A stretch of 64,000 nt of DNA, from NCBI RefSeq assembly GCF_964204645.1, contig NC_134026.1, positions 23,036,150-23,100,149 on the forward strand, written 5' to 3'. The notes under the pieces are model-generated. The model was given only the letters and a program-made list of their open reading frames with translations, had not been told where the DNA came from and made no database searches. The position numbers and the translations under genes were made by a program. Below, piece by piece: positions 37,801-51,600 of the stretch (position 1 is its first letter; each line of letters begins with the position of its first letter). The DNA comes from Tubulanus polymorphus (Eukaryota; Animalia; Nemertea).

Positions 37801-40800
37801 CCTTCATTACCAAGGACTTTCAATGGAAGTCAAATACTTGACGATCAATGTTTGAACACTGTGAGAGGTATTAATTTGACATCTAAATTGAACAGGGCAT
37901 ATGATGAACAACCTCTGCCTTTGCACTTAATACTCTACACCATTTCCATTGTATTCCTATTCGAGACCAGCTCGGATAAACCATGCCACAAAAACAACAA
38001 AGCGGTCATTTTGACGACTGATGCATAGCGAGGGACATCTTTAGAAATTTGTTCGGAAATTCGATTATATTCTCGTGGTCAGTACTCGAACGTGTGCATA
38101 TCAGCATGTGCAGATAAAGACCTTTTAAGAGATAATGAATAAACATTCATTAAATCAGGGACCTCGGTGTAAAATAGCTCATTAAGATAAACTGTGTACG
38201 AGCAGTGAGAGTTTTCACGTATATGCTGCAACTTATTTCTAAAAAGATCATCGACCAGTTCAATTTTATGCCAATCGCGTTCCACCTAAGTATGGTTGAA
38301 TTGGTGCACATCAAACTCGCATTGAAATGTTAGGCGATATATTTAATTCGCTTTTGTGACCATACGTAGTGTGGCAAATGCCCAATTGCAGGAAGCACCT
38401 GTTTCAACAACGAAATCTAATGCTATATTTGGTGAATAATTCAAAACTTTTTTTCATTTCGATTGTCCTTATATAGGCAGCTGCATCATAAATAATGAAA
38501 CATTCATTGATCATATGTACATGGCAAAGTAACCGTCCCATTGCGAGCATTTCACTGCGAATGACATGCATATCAATGGATCAGAGGGAACATGCGCTGT
38601 TAACCAATTTGAATTCGATAAATATTATATGTCTTTTCCGCAGATTATCAAATTACCGATTATCTATGTGAATGTTCTCGGGTATCTTTTATCGAGGTAT
38701 AGACGCATGTCAGCTGTGTACAAAAACTGTAGCTGGCCTATCTTTTGGGCTATTCTGAAACATGGTGTGAGATATTCTATTTACAGAACCTCCAGATCAA
38801 CCCGTTAGACAATCCAATTAGAGCGCTAGTTTAAAACGTGCAATGGATCTACGCACCTTCAGTTGAAGAATCTAGTAGTGCATTAGAAAAGATGAAATCA
38901 ATTAAAATCCAAGCGTGCGTTCAGTATATGAGTCCATCTGTAGTGCAATGACTCTGAAAAAAAACACAGAATGATCTTTCAGTAATAATCGACAGTTGTG
39001 TTTTTCCGGATTGTTGAAACTATATCTATGATGAATAGATTCGTGATAACGCCTACATTACTAAAGTTATTAATTGCGATTTTACCCATTGTGGAAAATA
39101 TACATATTATACATGACAAATTCACATTAGCCTAATTCTTGAAAATCTTCGAAAGCCATTCATTCTTTTGAAAAAATACAATGAAATAGTAGTTCAATCA
39201 TGCATGGAATCCAACATACATTCGTCGTTGATTCAATGTTATAGCGAATATACGAATGTCATACTCACTACTGATTACCAATCTCAGACAATTTGCCGAA
39301 ACAGAGAAAAAATAATAATCCAGATTATCATGATATTAAACATTGATTAAACTCTCACTTCCTCGATATTAAAGTAAAATGAATCCGATTCTAAAACATG
39401 CGTTTCGCCGATGCAGCAAAACCAACATTCCCCGACGGTGCGACAGACTGCTAATGCCAGGATCTCTACTGATCGCTACTTCAGCCAATGGCTGATGTCT
39501 GAAGTGGCGCGGAGACAATAAGTACTTACTTTGCTATCGCAAATGATGGTACTGTTACGTATGAATTAAACGAGCAACACGAAGTCGTCCTATTCTACTG
39601 TGAACTATACCTGTTGCGAACGTCATTTTCCATGGTTATGCACGGAATCGTTGGAATCGAGCTCTGTCAAACAGCGATCAAATCACTGAGCAAATTTTAC
39701 GTGTCAACGGTAGATCGCTCATATTCCATTAATGGCTATTTAATTAGCATTGGTTTTATTCTACGTGAGATAATCTCTTGTTGGTCAGGTCGTTTTGTTG
39801 TTAACTATGATGTCTGGAGTTGGGATTATCTTGCATCAGATAAGTTACGCGTCATCAAAAACTGAATAGACCAATTCTTATTGACTATTTGAAATGTTAT
39901 CTTGCGATGCTTCATAATTTCTCTCTTGATTTCGGTATCATTGAAGTTGGTAAAATCATCTCTGTTTACAGCGCCAAGAGAAATAATGGGCTGAGATTTT
40001 CCCTGGGGTATCATTTGCGGTGACAGAATGGCAACTTCAGTTCGGTTGATTTCATATTGTTTATGCCTGGTAAAACCCCAGGAAATGAGAAAAATGATCC
40101 CGAGAGATTACTGATAGTCTCGACAAAGTCTACCATAACGATGCAAACATCTAATCGCAACACAGACCGTTTAAAACTCATATCGAACGATGACATGAAA
40201 ATCCAAACAAATCAAGTGTCAACTCCAGCCGTCGTGTCGTCGTCGCATTATAGTTTCATCAGTAATGATACATACTCATGCGTTCCCTAATGAGATTAGC
40301 CTGTTTAGCTGACGAAGATTCGATTGTGAATGGTTTTCTGATTTATAATCGCACACGTAACGAGCATTTTATTACTTCTATACAGAACTATTCCATTCCT
40401 AGCCATTTTTTCGCTACAGTGGATATGACCAACGCTCGTTTGCACCGAATGACTCGAAAGAGAATCATCTTTCAGTCACGTTCCGTTATTATAATTGTAG
40501 TTCAAGTTTGATCATTTTCTGACAGTAGCAAACTCAAGTGTGCAGCATATTGGACGTCTTGGTGGACGAACCATTAACGTACAGCATCATTGAAGATCAT
40601 TGAAGACGTTGCCACAGTCCATATTCGAGTGCAATAATGGGTTCAGAAAATATCTCCCCTCTACATCAAAATCGAAGAAATTTATGATGCCACAATCACG
40701 CACAACAAAACATAAAAGAACTCACCCATCATTAGATATTGATATCCTATACACTTTTCATGCTTAATCATTTTAGTTAACTGCGAGAATGTATAACATA

Positions 40801-43800
40801 ATGCGTTAATTATGTTTGACAGACAATCCATTGCAGATACGGTCAGCCAATGTCATCGAATAGGAGCCGCCGAACATGATGGATTGATGCGGTAGACAAA
40901 TTTTTAGATCATCGATACCATGGATAATATCGTAATTCCAACGAACATGATCAAAGACCCTAGAATATAGGTTTTGCAACTAAATGTACACATACGGCAT
41001 TTCATTACTGCTACGAGCAACTCGTAGATTACTGTAAAGCATATGACATGAAATGAACGCATCACAGAACTGTATAACAAAGTACTGTTTCAGCTTTTAG
41101 AAACGAAATTACGTTTCTCTCAAGTAGAAATATCAAGTAAGCAGACTTGACTAGGGAAAGAGCGAATCTAAAGGGGATCTTTGCACAAAAATTGCTACAC
41201 GAATATCTTGTCGCTTCAATAAAACAAAAAATGAGTTTTCGTGTGAGGAGGTTTCCATCAGATATTTTCATGAAATCTTCTAACGAACGATAAGAGTTCT
41301 GAGGGTTATTCTGCAATAAGAGCCACCGCAGACACTTTCACTCTGCCTGTTATTCGCCTTGCTTGAAATAATTTGTAGCTTATCACTTTCTGCTTCAATT
41401 CAATTTACAAATCACAATCGTATTTTTTTAAAGCAAAACAGACAGGCAGATGGTAGACACAAATATACTTCAGGTCAATTTTTTCCCTTCATCTCAATGA
41501 TTTGAATACGTAATAGAATTAAATTTGATTTGATGTTTCTGTTAAACAAAATGATAGTAATACTTCATTGGATGATTTGTATGAATTTACATGATCAGTT
41601 GCACAGCGAAATAGCCTAAATTTCATCTTGAAACCATTGCGTTTAAATTCGCTCCAAAACAATAGACCCAGTCAGCCTGCGGCTGGCAAGAAAGTTGAAC
41701 TTTTTTGTTCACGAATGATCACAGAAACTGCACACAGCTGACGATGAAGCCAGTTATGTGTTCATTTTCCTTTCGCCAATTCCTTAATAAAAAACGGAAA
41801 TAAAAACTACGGTTTTCAGGAGAAAGGAAAACACGCCACTGCGCGGAATCAAGTCATCCGAGAAGTGCGGTTTGATGGAATTTGTCAACGTCGTTAATTC
41901 GCGGCTGGGAAGACTTCATATTTGTATGCCACCGATACGTGTCCGTTTTGCAGATCCATTCGCAGCGGTCAGAATGAAAACGACTGAAAGGTCGGGGAAG
42001 AGAATTGATCAAGCCTCGCTGCATAACGAATATCCAAAAGGTAGAACTAATGCTTACTCTGGCAATGATTCAACGGCCTGATCGGATCATCTTTTATTAG
42101 CTAGTCATCGTATGATTGAGGAACGCGAATGATTGAATGACAACCTTTCCTTAATTGGATTCAGAAATACAGTCGACTCCAATCTTATCAAAAAAGAGTC
42201 GAGTTTTAGTAACTCGATCCGCCCTTCAATTTCTTAACTCAACTGCTTTTAGGAGTCGGTGTAGTATCAATTTGTTTTCATTTTTATTTTTTAAGCCATA
42301 AATCCTTGAATTCAGAACTGGTGCTTCTGCATTGAAGGAAATGGTTTTGTCAAGGAATAATCAGTAATTTAGGAATCAGTTTCTTCCGTAATCATTATTC
42401 ATTATACGTTTATGGATACCGCCTACATAAATGACTCTTAGGCACGGACCAAAGACAATTATTCATCTTTTGATGCGATACTTCGATGAATATTGCAATT
42501 TATGTCAGGCACGTATGGCAATATTTTCTACATTTTCGTCGTAAACTTCATGTGGCATGAAATAAAATCGCGGAGTTACCACGTCGTGTAGTTGAAGGGA
42601 GTAAACTGTTACCGCCGTATCGCGGGCTCTCACACTATCTGTAATTACTTCCTGAAATGGTATAATTTTCCATGAAATATTTATTAATGCCACGAGTTCA
42701 TCGATCATCGACGAATTGAGCCCAGTGCGACGTCAACGGCTTGTGGAAAAAAGCAAAAATTTCAAATTGAAAACTGATCTATCAATTAATATTTGTGTCA
42801 TTTTCCGGCAACATTGCCGGTCTTGTCGTTTTGAAATTTTAATAATAAACCAGAAAATCCACTCAATTTTCTGCTCTAGGGATTCATCAATATTAATGAC
42901 AGCCATCTTGCGGGTTTACGGCCTTCTTTCTATTGTAGTTCCATCCACAAGTATCATCAATCATGGTGAGGTCCCTAGAGACATATAACGTGCTTAACAT
43001 CACATTCAGTCCGCGATCTAAACCGTGCATGAATCGTGCGCGGTCATCCACGTAGAAAACTCATGTTCCCAATAAAAAGGTAAGTTCGATACACGGCAAA
43101 TGATATTGTAGCCCAAGTCTGGTATAAGTAGAAAACAGTGCAAATTAGATAAATGCGCGACAATTACATAAATCTAGAAAAAAATTATCGGCGAAGATGT
43201 GCCCTATTGGCAGGAAAGACAGTGGGTTGATGGCAGGTTGACAGGTAGCCACGTAGTCAAGTCAGAAATACGGGAGGCCAGAGAGACGAGTTAACAGGTT
43301 GACATTTGTAGTATGCTCACTTAAACCAACCAAATCATTCATAAGTAGATAAATGAGATAAGTGATCAGCATTCATTTCTTTTTTACATCCTGCTCCGCA
43401 AAGTCTAAAATGCGAACTCGGTGGGAAAAAATCCAACAGCAGTATCAATCGCCCGTTCACTGAGATCTATAATCAATGTATTGAGTGGGCAAATTAATAG
43501 TGATTCCTTCGACACGCAGGAATTGCCATTCTCATTCATGGTCGTCGATGCTTTCGCGCAAAAGCAATCGACTGGAAGGATTTTTCAATTGCGGCAACTT
43601 TCATTCTGCCAATCAAAATATCATTGCTGAGCATCAGCATGCGGCGATTCCGCAAATGCCGAACGTTTACGATAGAATCAGTCATACTGAGGATACTGAA
43701 TACAGTTAATTCTGCTAGAATCAAATTAAGATGTTTTCTGTAGATTTTATTAGTACTATACATTTCTGCTCGTTCAAAATCACCATTTATGATGAAATGT

Positions 43801-45432
43801 CTCTATATAATTCTTCGCCGAAATCTTGCCTACCGTGCGTTACCAATTATATATTAGATTTCATGAGAAGTTACTTAAGAAGATATAAATCATTGAAATG
43901 TCGCTTGGAACTAAAAATGCCTGCGAAACAGCCACTGCCGGCGGGATGATCTGACAGCAAATGTAAATCGATGTTCACAGAACGGGAAATGAAGCATCTT
44001 AAGCGTAAAAAATATGGAAACTCAATCCAGTATTGGATTTCGGAAAAAAATACACTTTCCATAAATGTTTTCCTTGTTGATGGCGCATCAGGGCATGGAT
44101 TCATCATTTTATATTTCCGCCATTTGATAACATGTCATATTATTAAAATAAACTGATATCGCGGGAAGTTTTAATATCCGTTCCGAGTCGGTAAACAACA
44201 TAAAATCTGTTCCAATACAATTTCCAGTATAAATAAACCTATTACGACCAGTTCCCACATGCCTACGCCCTGGCTCAATTGGATTTTTGGAAACATGGGA
44301 GATGAGCTTTAGGAGAGTTATCAGTGGAAACCGGACAACAACCAGCTACGTAGTAATACATGGTTTATGGTTCTAAATTTGTTATCATCTATATGTTTAA
44401 AAATCTAAATTGCGTTTGGTCTTAACATAAAACTATTAAGATCACACTCTTATTCGCCCAGGAAAAATTTAATTAAATGAAGTACACGCCATTGAACTGA
44501 TTGGGTCCGATAATGATGATGGCGTTCGTCAGTCGTTAGGTAATCCATTTTAGCGTGTTGATTATAGGCGGAATTTTACCAAATCAGTCGCCACCTGTGA
44601 CTCGATACATGGTTTATCTTCGGGGTGACGTTTATTATGCGTGTTGTAAAATCGAAATCATGAGCGCCTTCGGGCGATTATGTCAAGCAAAGCAATATGT
44701 TATCTGCATTTGACGTGCAGACGCATTAATCTATTTATTTTCTTGAAATATCAACTCATTGCGGAGTATTTTCGGTTCGAAATCTATGAAGCGGATATCA
44801 TATCCATGATCATACCGATCGTGATGTATGCACATTAATCCAACGCTAACCGACACAGAGCCTTGAAAACCCCATCCTCGCTCGTCAGCGCTTGGTTGCC
44901 TCTCACCGAAGAAGCTAACACCAAATTTCTTATTCTACGATCGTAAAATGTATCATTTTTGCTCTGCCAATAACTTTCACGAACTATCAAACAGTGAGTG
45001 ATTTCTTTGTATTACATGTGGTATTGTAGTAAGCCTACCTGAAGAATCTTTCTGCGGTGATACTTTTGATTAGTTAGACGGTTAAGATATTCGATATATC
45101 CAATTTAAAAACAACATCGCGCACTTCGACATTCCTTCGATCCAAAACATCGCCGGAACTTGCAGTCTAATCAGATTCTATTGAGACGTACACGTCGAAT
45201 TAAAATTGAACGCGTCTGATTGGGGTCGTTGATTTACCGGAGTGCAATGCTTCGTCAGTAAATCAACTGTCAACCTTCATAGCGATGGCTGCAGGCGAGT
45301 GCGACTTTCCGAAACGATGTAATACACTTCCGAATCTTGGGGCAGCCTGAGGATGGAGGAGCGACCAGTCGATGAAATAGAATCGTCCGTGTGATGATGG
45401 ATTGCTCTAATACCATAATTCATCATAGCTGA

Positions 45433-45434
<2 letters not shown>

Positions 45435-45485
<51 letters not shown>

Positions 45486-45552
45486 GTCATTTAGGTCATA
45501 GGTCATTTAAATAACAATCATTATAATTTGTATATATATATATATATATATA
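45435..45552. repeat. Two (TA)n microsatellites (45435-45482 and 45531-45552)
   Basis: Read directly from the sequence. Confidence 0.95.
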
Positions 45553-48500
45553 TCATCGGTTCTATCCCGATGAATGATGTTCATAATGATGCTGCGCGAC
45601 TTTTTCGTCAGGTATGATATCTTGGTATGATATCTCGACATGCCAAAAGTGATTCATGAGTTTGAGCGCGCACGGCTGTGACATAATGCATTTTCTCGGA
45701 CAAAAAATGTTCTCTGAACATCCTAGTATGGATCCAGGAAGAAAGACACTCTAAATATTTGGATGGGTATATGAAAGCTGTGGGTACTGGAGTTTGTAAT
45801 GGGTAGTGTAGTGTGATCTGTGTGCATTTGTGGCCAGCACACAGATCACATTGTTCAATGGGGTTTGGTCCAGGACTCGCGAGATTTTCAACAACACGGA
45901 AGTAACGTGTAATAAATGATGACTTGAATTGCATGACTACCTACCACCCCTCATTATTGTTGGAAAACTAAACGTTCGGCACTGACTAAAAATTAGTAAT
46001 AACATTTTAGAAATGGCCAGAATTTTAACTTAGGTTCTATCTCATTTTTATTTTACAATTGCGATTGGTATAATTTTTTTTTAAACGGCCGTTAAGGCTT
46101 CATGTTTCGTCTGCAATTCACTGCAAATAGTTACGCAACTACGCACATTTCAGTGTTTTTGGCAGCTGTACACTCAATCGGCACCGTTCGTGACTAGCTT
46201 CACTGCGGAATTATCATTAATTAACATCGCCATATCACATCATCAACTTATATTGTGCCTTAAAACCCTAACAGCCGAAATAATTGAAATGCACACACGA
46301 TTTCTATCATTGAAAATTGAGAGAGTGGCCATGTTTGTGTTTGCTGCTTCGCGTAAATCCCGCACGGTGGCGGAACCGCGCGGAGTGGGGCCGATACGTC
46401 CAGACACATTCAAACTCCGACTAAAACCAAATAGACCTTGTCGATCTAGGTGTTTATATTCATTCATCTTTCCCTAAGAGTCATTATTTGTTCCGATCAC
46501 AGAAAATTGCATGGCTTACTGAAATTAGTTTCGAGATGTTACGAATAAATACGAGCTAGCGCTGAAAACTAACGGAAAGGACTTTTCTCACATCTTTTTC
46601 GTTGTAGAAATCTTCATAAGTTTAATTCCCCTGAGTATGGTTAACGATTTCGGCGGGTTATTTTCGGGGACTTGAGTTTGTAATGCTTCACCTTAAGTCT
46701 CAAGAACATCAGTCAATGATTACAAGCAGAGGATGATAAATTGATAAAAATACATCAGCTCCATCTAAGCATGATCAAAGATGAAATACGGAAACACTAG
46801 CACTAGCAATTTAGATGCCTTGATTTGGGTATTCTCGGAGCTACCCCTTTCTCGTCCAGTATACCTTGGCGTGCAGTCAGTTGATCTTGGCGTCATCTCA
46901 CCTGTCTATTCAAGTCAAATCAGAGCCATATCTCAACCAACGTAAGGAATATCTTCCCACACCCTCGCAATATTCCAACGAATTTTACACTTGGGCTGAA
47001 AGGTCAATCAGAAAATAATGTATATCATGTCAGCCTACTGTTAGACATTGAGATGTTTTTCAGAAACAAATAATGCGCTTTCATCGAAAAAGACCAGGTT
47101 AGATTTGCACGACATACGCAAGTTTTGCAAGTTTAGTCGACCTTAGCGGAAACATTTAGATATATCCGTAGACTTTGAAGGAACAAAATGGCTATTGGTA
47201 CGGCAACGTGGATATTCGGTTTCCATGTCTCGGCAGAAATATGGAGAACAATGTCTACCAAACGAATCAGACGTTTAAATGATAATTCTATATTGTTCTG
47301 CGCTAAAATCGCGTTTGGAGACAATTTAGCAATGGTTCTATCTGCAGCTCTAAAAAAACAAACGGCTCGAAGCTTTTTCATCTAAAACCCCTTGAATTCG
47401 ATTCATCGAATCTTTTAGGCCCGTTTGACAATACCATTGACGGTTGAGAGGTGTTTATGTCGAAAACTCAAAAGGCAGAATGCACTCTGCATAGAAAAGC
47501 TTTTTGTCTCGGCATCTCGATTATCAGCACGAAGGTTTCCTGCACATGAGAAAATTAATTACCGACCGATGACAAATTTATTTCCCGACTATATATAATT
47601 GGTCAATAACTCGGACATAGATCATGCTAATTGAATCGAGACGGATTCGTTCGATAGATCCTATATGTCGAAGGTAATAGACTGATGAAGCGAACAGAGA
47701 ATATATATATATGCAACTTAACCGGTGGTTTATCTGAAATGATGCGAGCATGATTGATTGTATATTAAACCATGGCAATGACATACGTCCCTTGTTGTTA
47801 TTACTACTAAAGGTTGGCATATATATCCATTGAGGTCGTTTGCAGCGACGGATCCGGGAATTAATGGGCGCCGTGGCCGGATACAACGGATTTAATACAT
47901 TGTCCAGAACTGCAGCCGGTTCAGAGAACCGTGGCGAGACAAAGTGGTGCTGTAGCAGACTAAAATGAACGTGGCAGATATCACAGAAATGATGTCAGTG
48001 GCGATCGCGGGGGCAATATGAGCTTGCAGCAACGTTACACGTATATGCGTAGTTGGCCATGACACGGCAAGCAAGCATTGCTGGTTTTTGAAAGGACATC
48101 CATCACACCGCCTCATCCGTCATTACTCAATGGTTAGCGCATATGGAACCTTTGACAGATACATCGAAAAATAAATGCAACCTCTAATATTAGCCTACGC
48201 ATAGGGAAGATACGAAATATGATTTTATCATTTACATTTTACGAGTAAAAAGTTATCATAGCTGGGATAGAATGTAGCATGTTTGAATCGTTCAGAATTT
48301 ATCACTTTCACCAATTCGCAGAAGTTCGATTTCTATAACTTATGAATATCCTATCTACTGATGTCTACGTATTGTATGATTTTACAAAAAAACAAAATAT
48401 ATAATAGGCCTCTACTGATAATGAGTTTGGAATTGAAAATGACCGAAAAACCAGCCGTTGGTTTTTTATTCCATTGCCAACATGCAATTTCCGCTGAGAC

Positions 48501-48571
48501 AAGGAAGAAAAAATTCTACAAGATGTATGTGTCACAGACGTTATTATAAAAACGACGAGACAAAGTGATTT

Positions 48572-48606
48572 TGATGACGATGACGATGACGATGATAGAT
48601 GATGAC
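48572..48606. repeat. Short (GATGAC)n/(GAT)n simple repeat
   Basis: TGATGACGATGACGATGACGATGATAGATGATGAC. Confidence 0.8.
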
Positions 48607-51600
48607 TGAAACTCGCATTCTAGCTATAGATAACAAAAAAAAAGACCAATCAGCGCATATTATTCGCCATTAGGCCTACAAGAAAATCGCTCCAGTTTGT
48701 AGCTTGTCGAATATCACCTCGAAGTAGGGCGGTTCATGCGACAACCGTGCTATTTTGGGAATAACTTTTTCATAATCACCGAGGAAAAAGGGGCTTTACA
48801 TAAAAACGGCGGTTTTTCCTAGTCATCACGTCGTGTAAATATAGGTGTATTTCCAGTTTGAATTTCTTGTATTTAGCCGAGTCTTTGGAAGTTGACACAA
48901 AGCAGACACAAAATAACTCGAATCCAACGATGAAAATGAAGTCTACTATCAGCGAATAATCAAATTCGGAACGGCAGAATTACTCGCCATGACGGAAGCC
49001 GATACAGGAACGGAATAATTCACTACGGAGATCCCTAAGTGAATTTGGAACACGTGTCCGCTTCATTTCCTCGGCGTAAGACAAATGTTTCTTACGGTGG
49101 TTCTGTGTTAAACGGAGCGTCAATATCTGAATCTCAGTGGCACACAGCTATACAAAAGACACGCTTCTACAAACAAAAGGACACCGGGCTCCTCCACAAC
49201 TGTACGTAAAACAGGCTTCCCTTTTCTTCCATCAGTGGAGCCTAGTAAGTTCAATGTATGTCAAATCGGTTCATAAAGGGCTATATATTCTTACTGGTCA
49301 TTTTATAATGCACAACCAACAAACGACGATTATTCTGCAGACTCTGCAGCGGGATCCAACGAGGCTTTATAGATAATTCATGTTTGTTGCTGGTACTGAT
49401 TATCTGGCATCGTCTATCGAAACTATGAATTCCAAATGACGTAGTTATTATTTCGCGTATGTGTGATACGATAAAGCGTGTGGTCACACAGTTACACATA
49501 ACTCATTCCTCAGTACGAAACGTCATCAGACGAAATATACAACAAATTACTCTGGCAGACGGTCTTTGACATCGGTGAAAATACGAATTGGATTCCTTGT
49601 GAGTTAGAGCACACGCCAATGCGTGGCAACTACTGAGGCAGACACCAGGAAACGACGATGCGTGAAACAGCAAATATTTCCTGGTTACTCGATAAATCGC
49701 CGTGAAATTGTGTTAATCATGAACATTTTTTATGTGGCCACCGTAAACATTATATCAACAAATACGATCTTTCATTTCAAACCCTTCCCTTTAAGGAGTA
49801 TGATCTATTCTAATGCATCTTCGATGATACCACATTTGATTTTCAACCTTATCTGATGATTTACTCCGTAACATACATTGCAGGCATATACAAGTTCAAT
49901 AAAAAGCAAGCGTTACTCAACTCACAGTCCATCATGCGATTACAATATTATGATGAATAATCAAGTTATATCATTCGTTATTGTCTGGTAGTCGGTAGTC
50001 AGGTTTTAACGCGCATTTTCAGCAATTTTCGTAAAGGGCCCGCCTTGTGGTGTATGTCAGGCGAGTGTGTTTATTGCGGAGGAAGATGAATATAATGGAG
50101 AGTCTTGTAATTTATTACAGGTTGGGCGAGATAATTGATGCGACACTAATGGCCGGTTTTACCTGCGTGACAGACAACTGGTGGTAGGTGGAGATAAGCA
50201 CAGAATGTGTGTACACGCCACGCTGAACGGCAATTAATGTTTAATCGAAATATTTAAGGCTTCGATGCCCTTTATGGGCAAATGCTAGCTTATTGATAGA
50301 ATATGTTGCACTCAATTTTTAGATGATGACATATAAATCTTCGATTTTTTCGTCGGCGAAAAAAAACTCAACGCCCTTAATATAATGTTTTACACCAGCA
50401 GGATTGTACTAATAGCTATAACCGGTCTGTCCGATTCTTGTGTGACATTCCGTCCAATTCTCATTCCGCCAGGCCATTAGGCTTTTCATTGAAAGTATAC
50501 CCCTTGGGGTCCCTCTTTGTCCTTTTTCTTTACTACGTTTTACAACGAAGAAGTACTTCCTTCAACTTTTTCATAAAGTAATAGTAATTTTTTATTGTGT
50601 ATTTTTGTATTGTACTGAAAAAAGAGTAATGCCAAAATTGTATATTGAAGGGACAATGTCAGATCAAAACGACGACGTATAGTGAACGATCATTTCTTAG
50701 CAGAGAACTCAGGGAATTACGGTATATGCGTATTTCTAAAATCACTGTTTCTTTTTTTGTAGGAAGAAGAGCGAAGATTAATCAGTTCGCACGTGCTTCG
50801 CTTCGATGTTCTTCGCAACTTCTTTCATGTCTACATATTTTTCCGTGTCTACTTGACACATGAAGCATAGGTGTATTCAAAATCCGCGATGGGGTCGCAG
50901 CTGTTGGTGACACGTTCACTTCCAGCGACAAAATGAACCACGATATATGCGGGAAATGCTTTTCTGATGTCAATTACCAGACAAATGACGCCATAACGAG
51001 TTGGAATTATTCCATTGCCAGAAGGACCGTCAAAAATATACGGCTATATCGCATTGCACGGTGAAAACGGCAAATAGGTCTTTGTCGGAATAAAACACAT
51101 CGTCTCCGGTGCAACGTACAGTCTTATAGAAAAAGAATTAGATTTAGTCGGCAGAAAATTGGTCTGATAAAATCATCAAAAATGCTCTAAACCAAATCGT
51201 TTACGTGTAATGGCTTAGAATATTATGAATATTTCACTGTTGTTCTCTGGCAGCTGTCGTATGATTTTGCCGATAGGTTGCTTGATTTGAAGTTTATTGC
51301 GTTGCATATATTTATAGCAAACATTCCAGGCCTCGAGCGAACGACGCCATTACAATTGACATAAACTGAAACTTTCCGATTATCTCGGCACTGTCTCGGT
51401 AGCCATTTCCGTGTTTGATATGCCACCGCTTCTTCAATATAGTAATAAAGTACCGACAAATTATTTTCACAACGCTCAAACAAAATATCGAATTACTTCA
51501 TCCGGAAGATGAAGAAAATTGCCTTCGACGTCCATTCAATTAATGTTGGAATTTGATTTATCAAAACTGAAGATAGTCAGAAAGTGCAATCGACAAACCG

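Noticed and set aside
44246-44336. Possible second copy of the 30850-type MITE
   Set aside because: The inverted match is only 10/13 with no TSD and no internal similarity; too weak to call.
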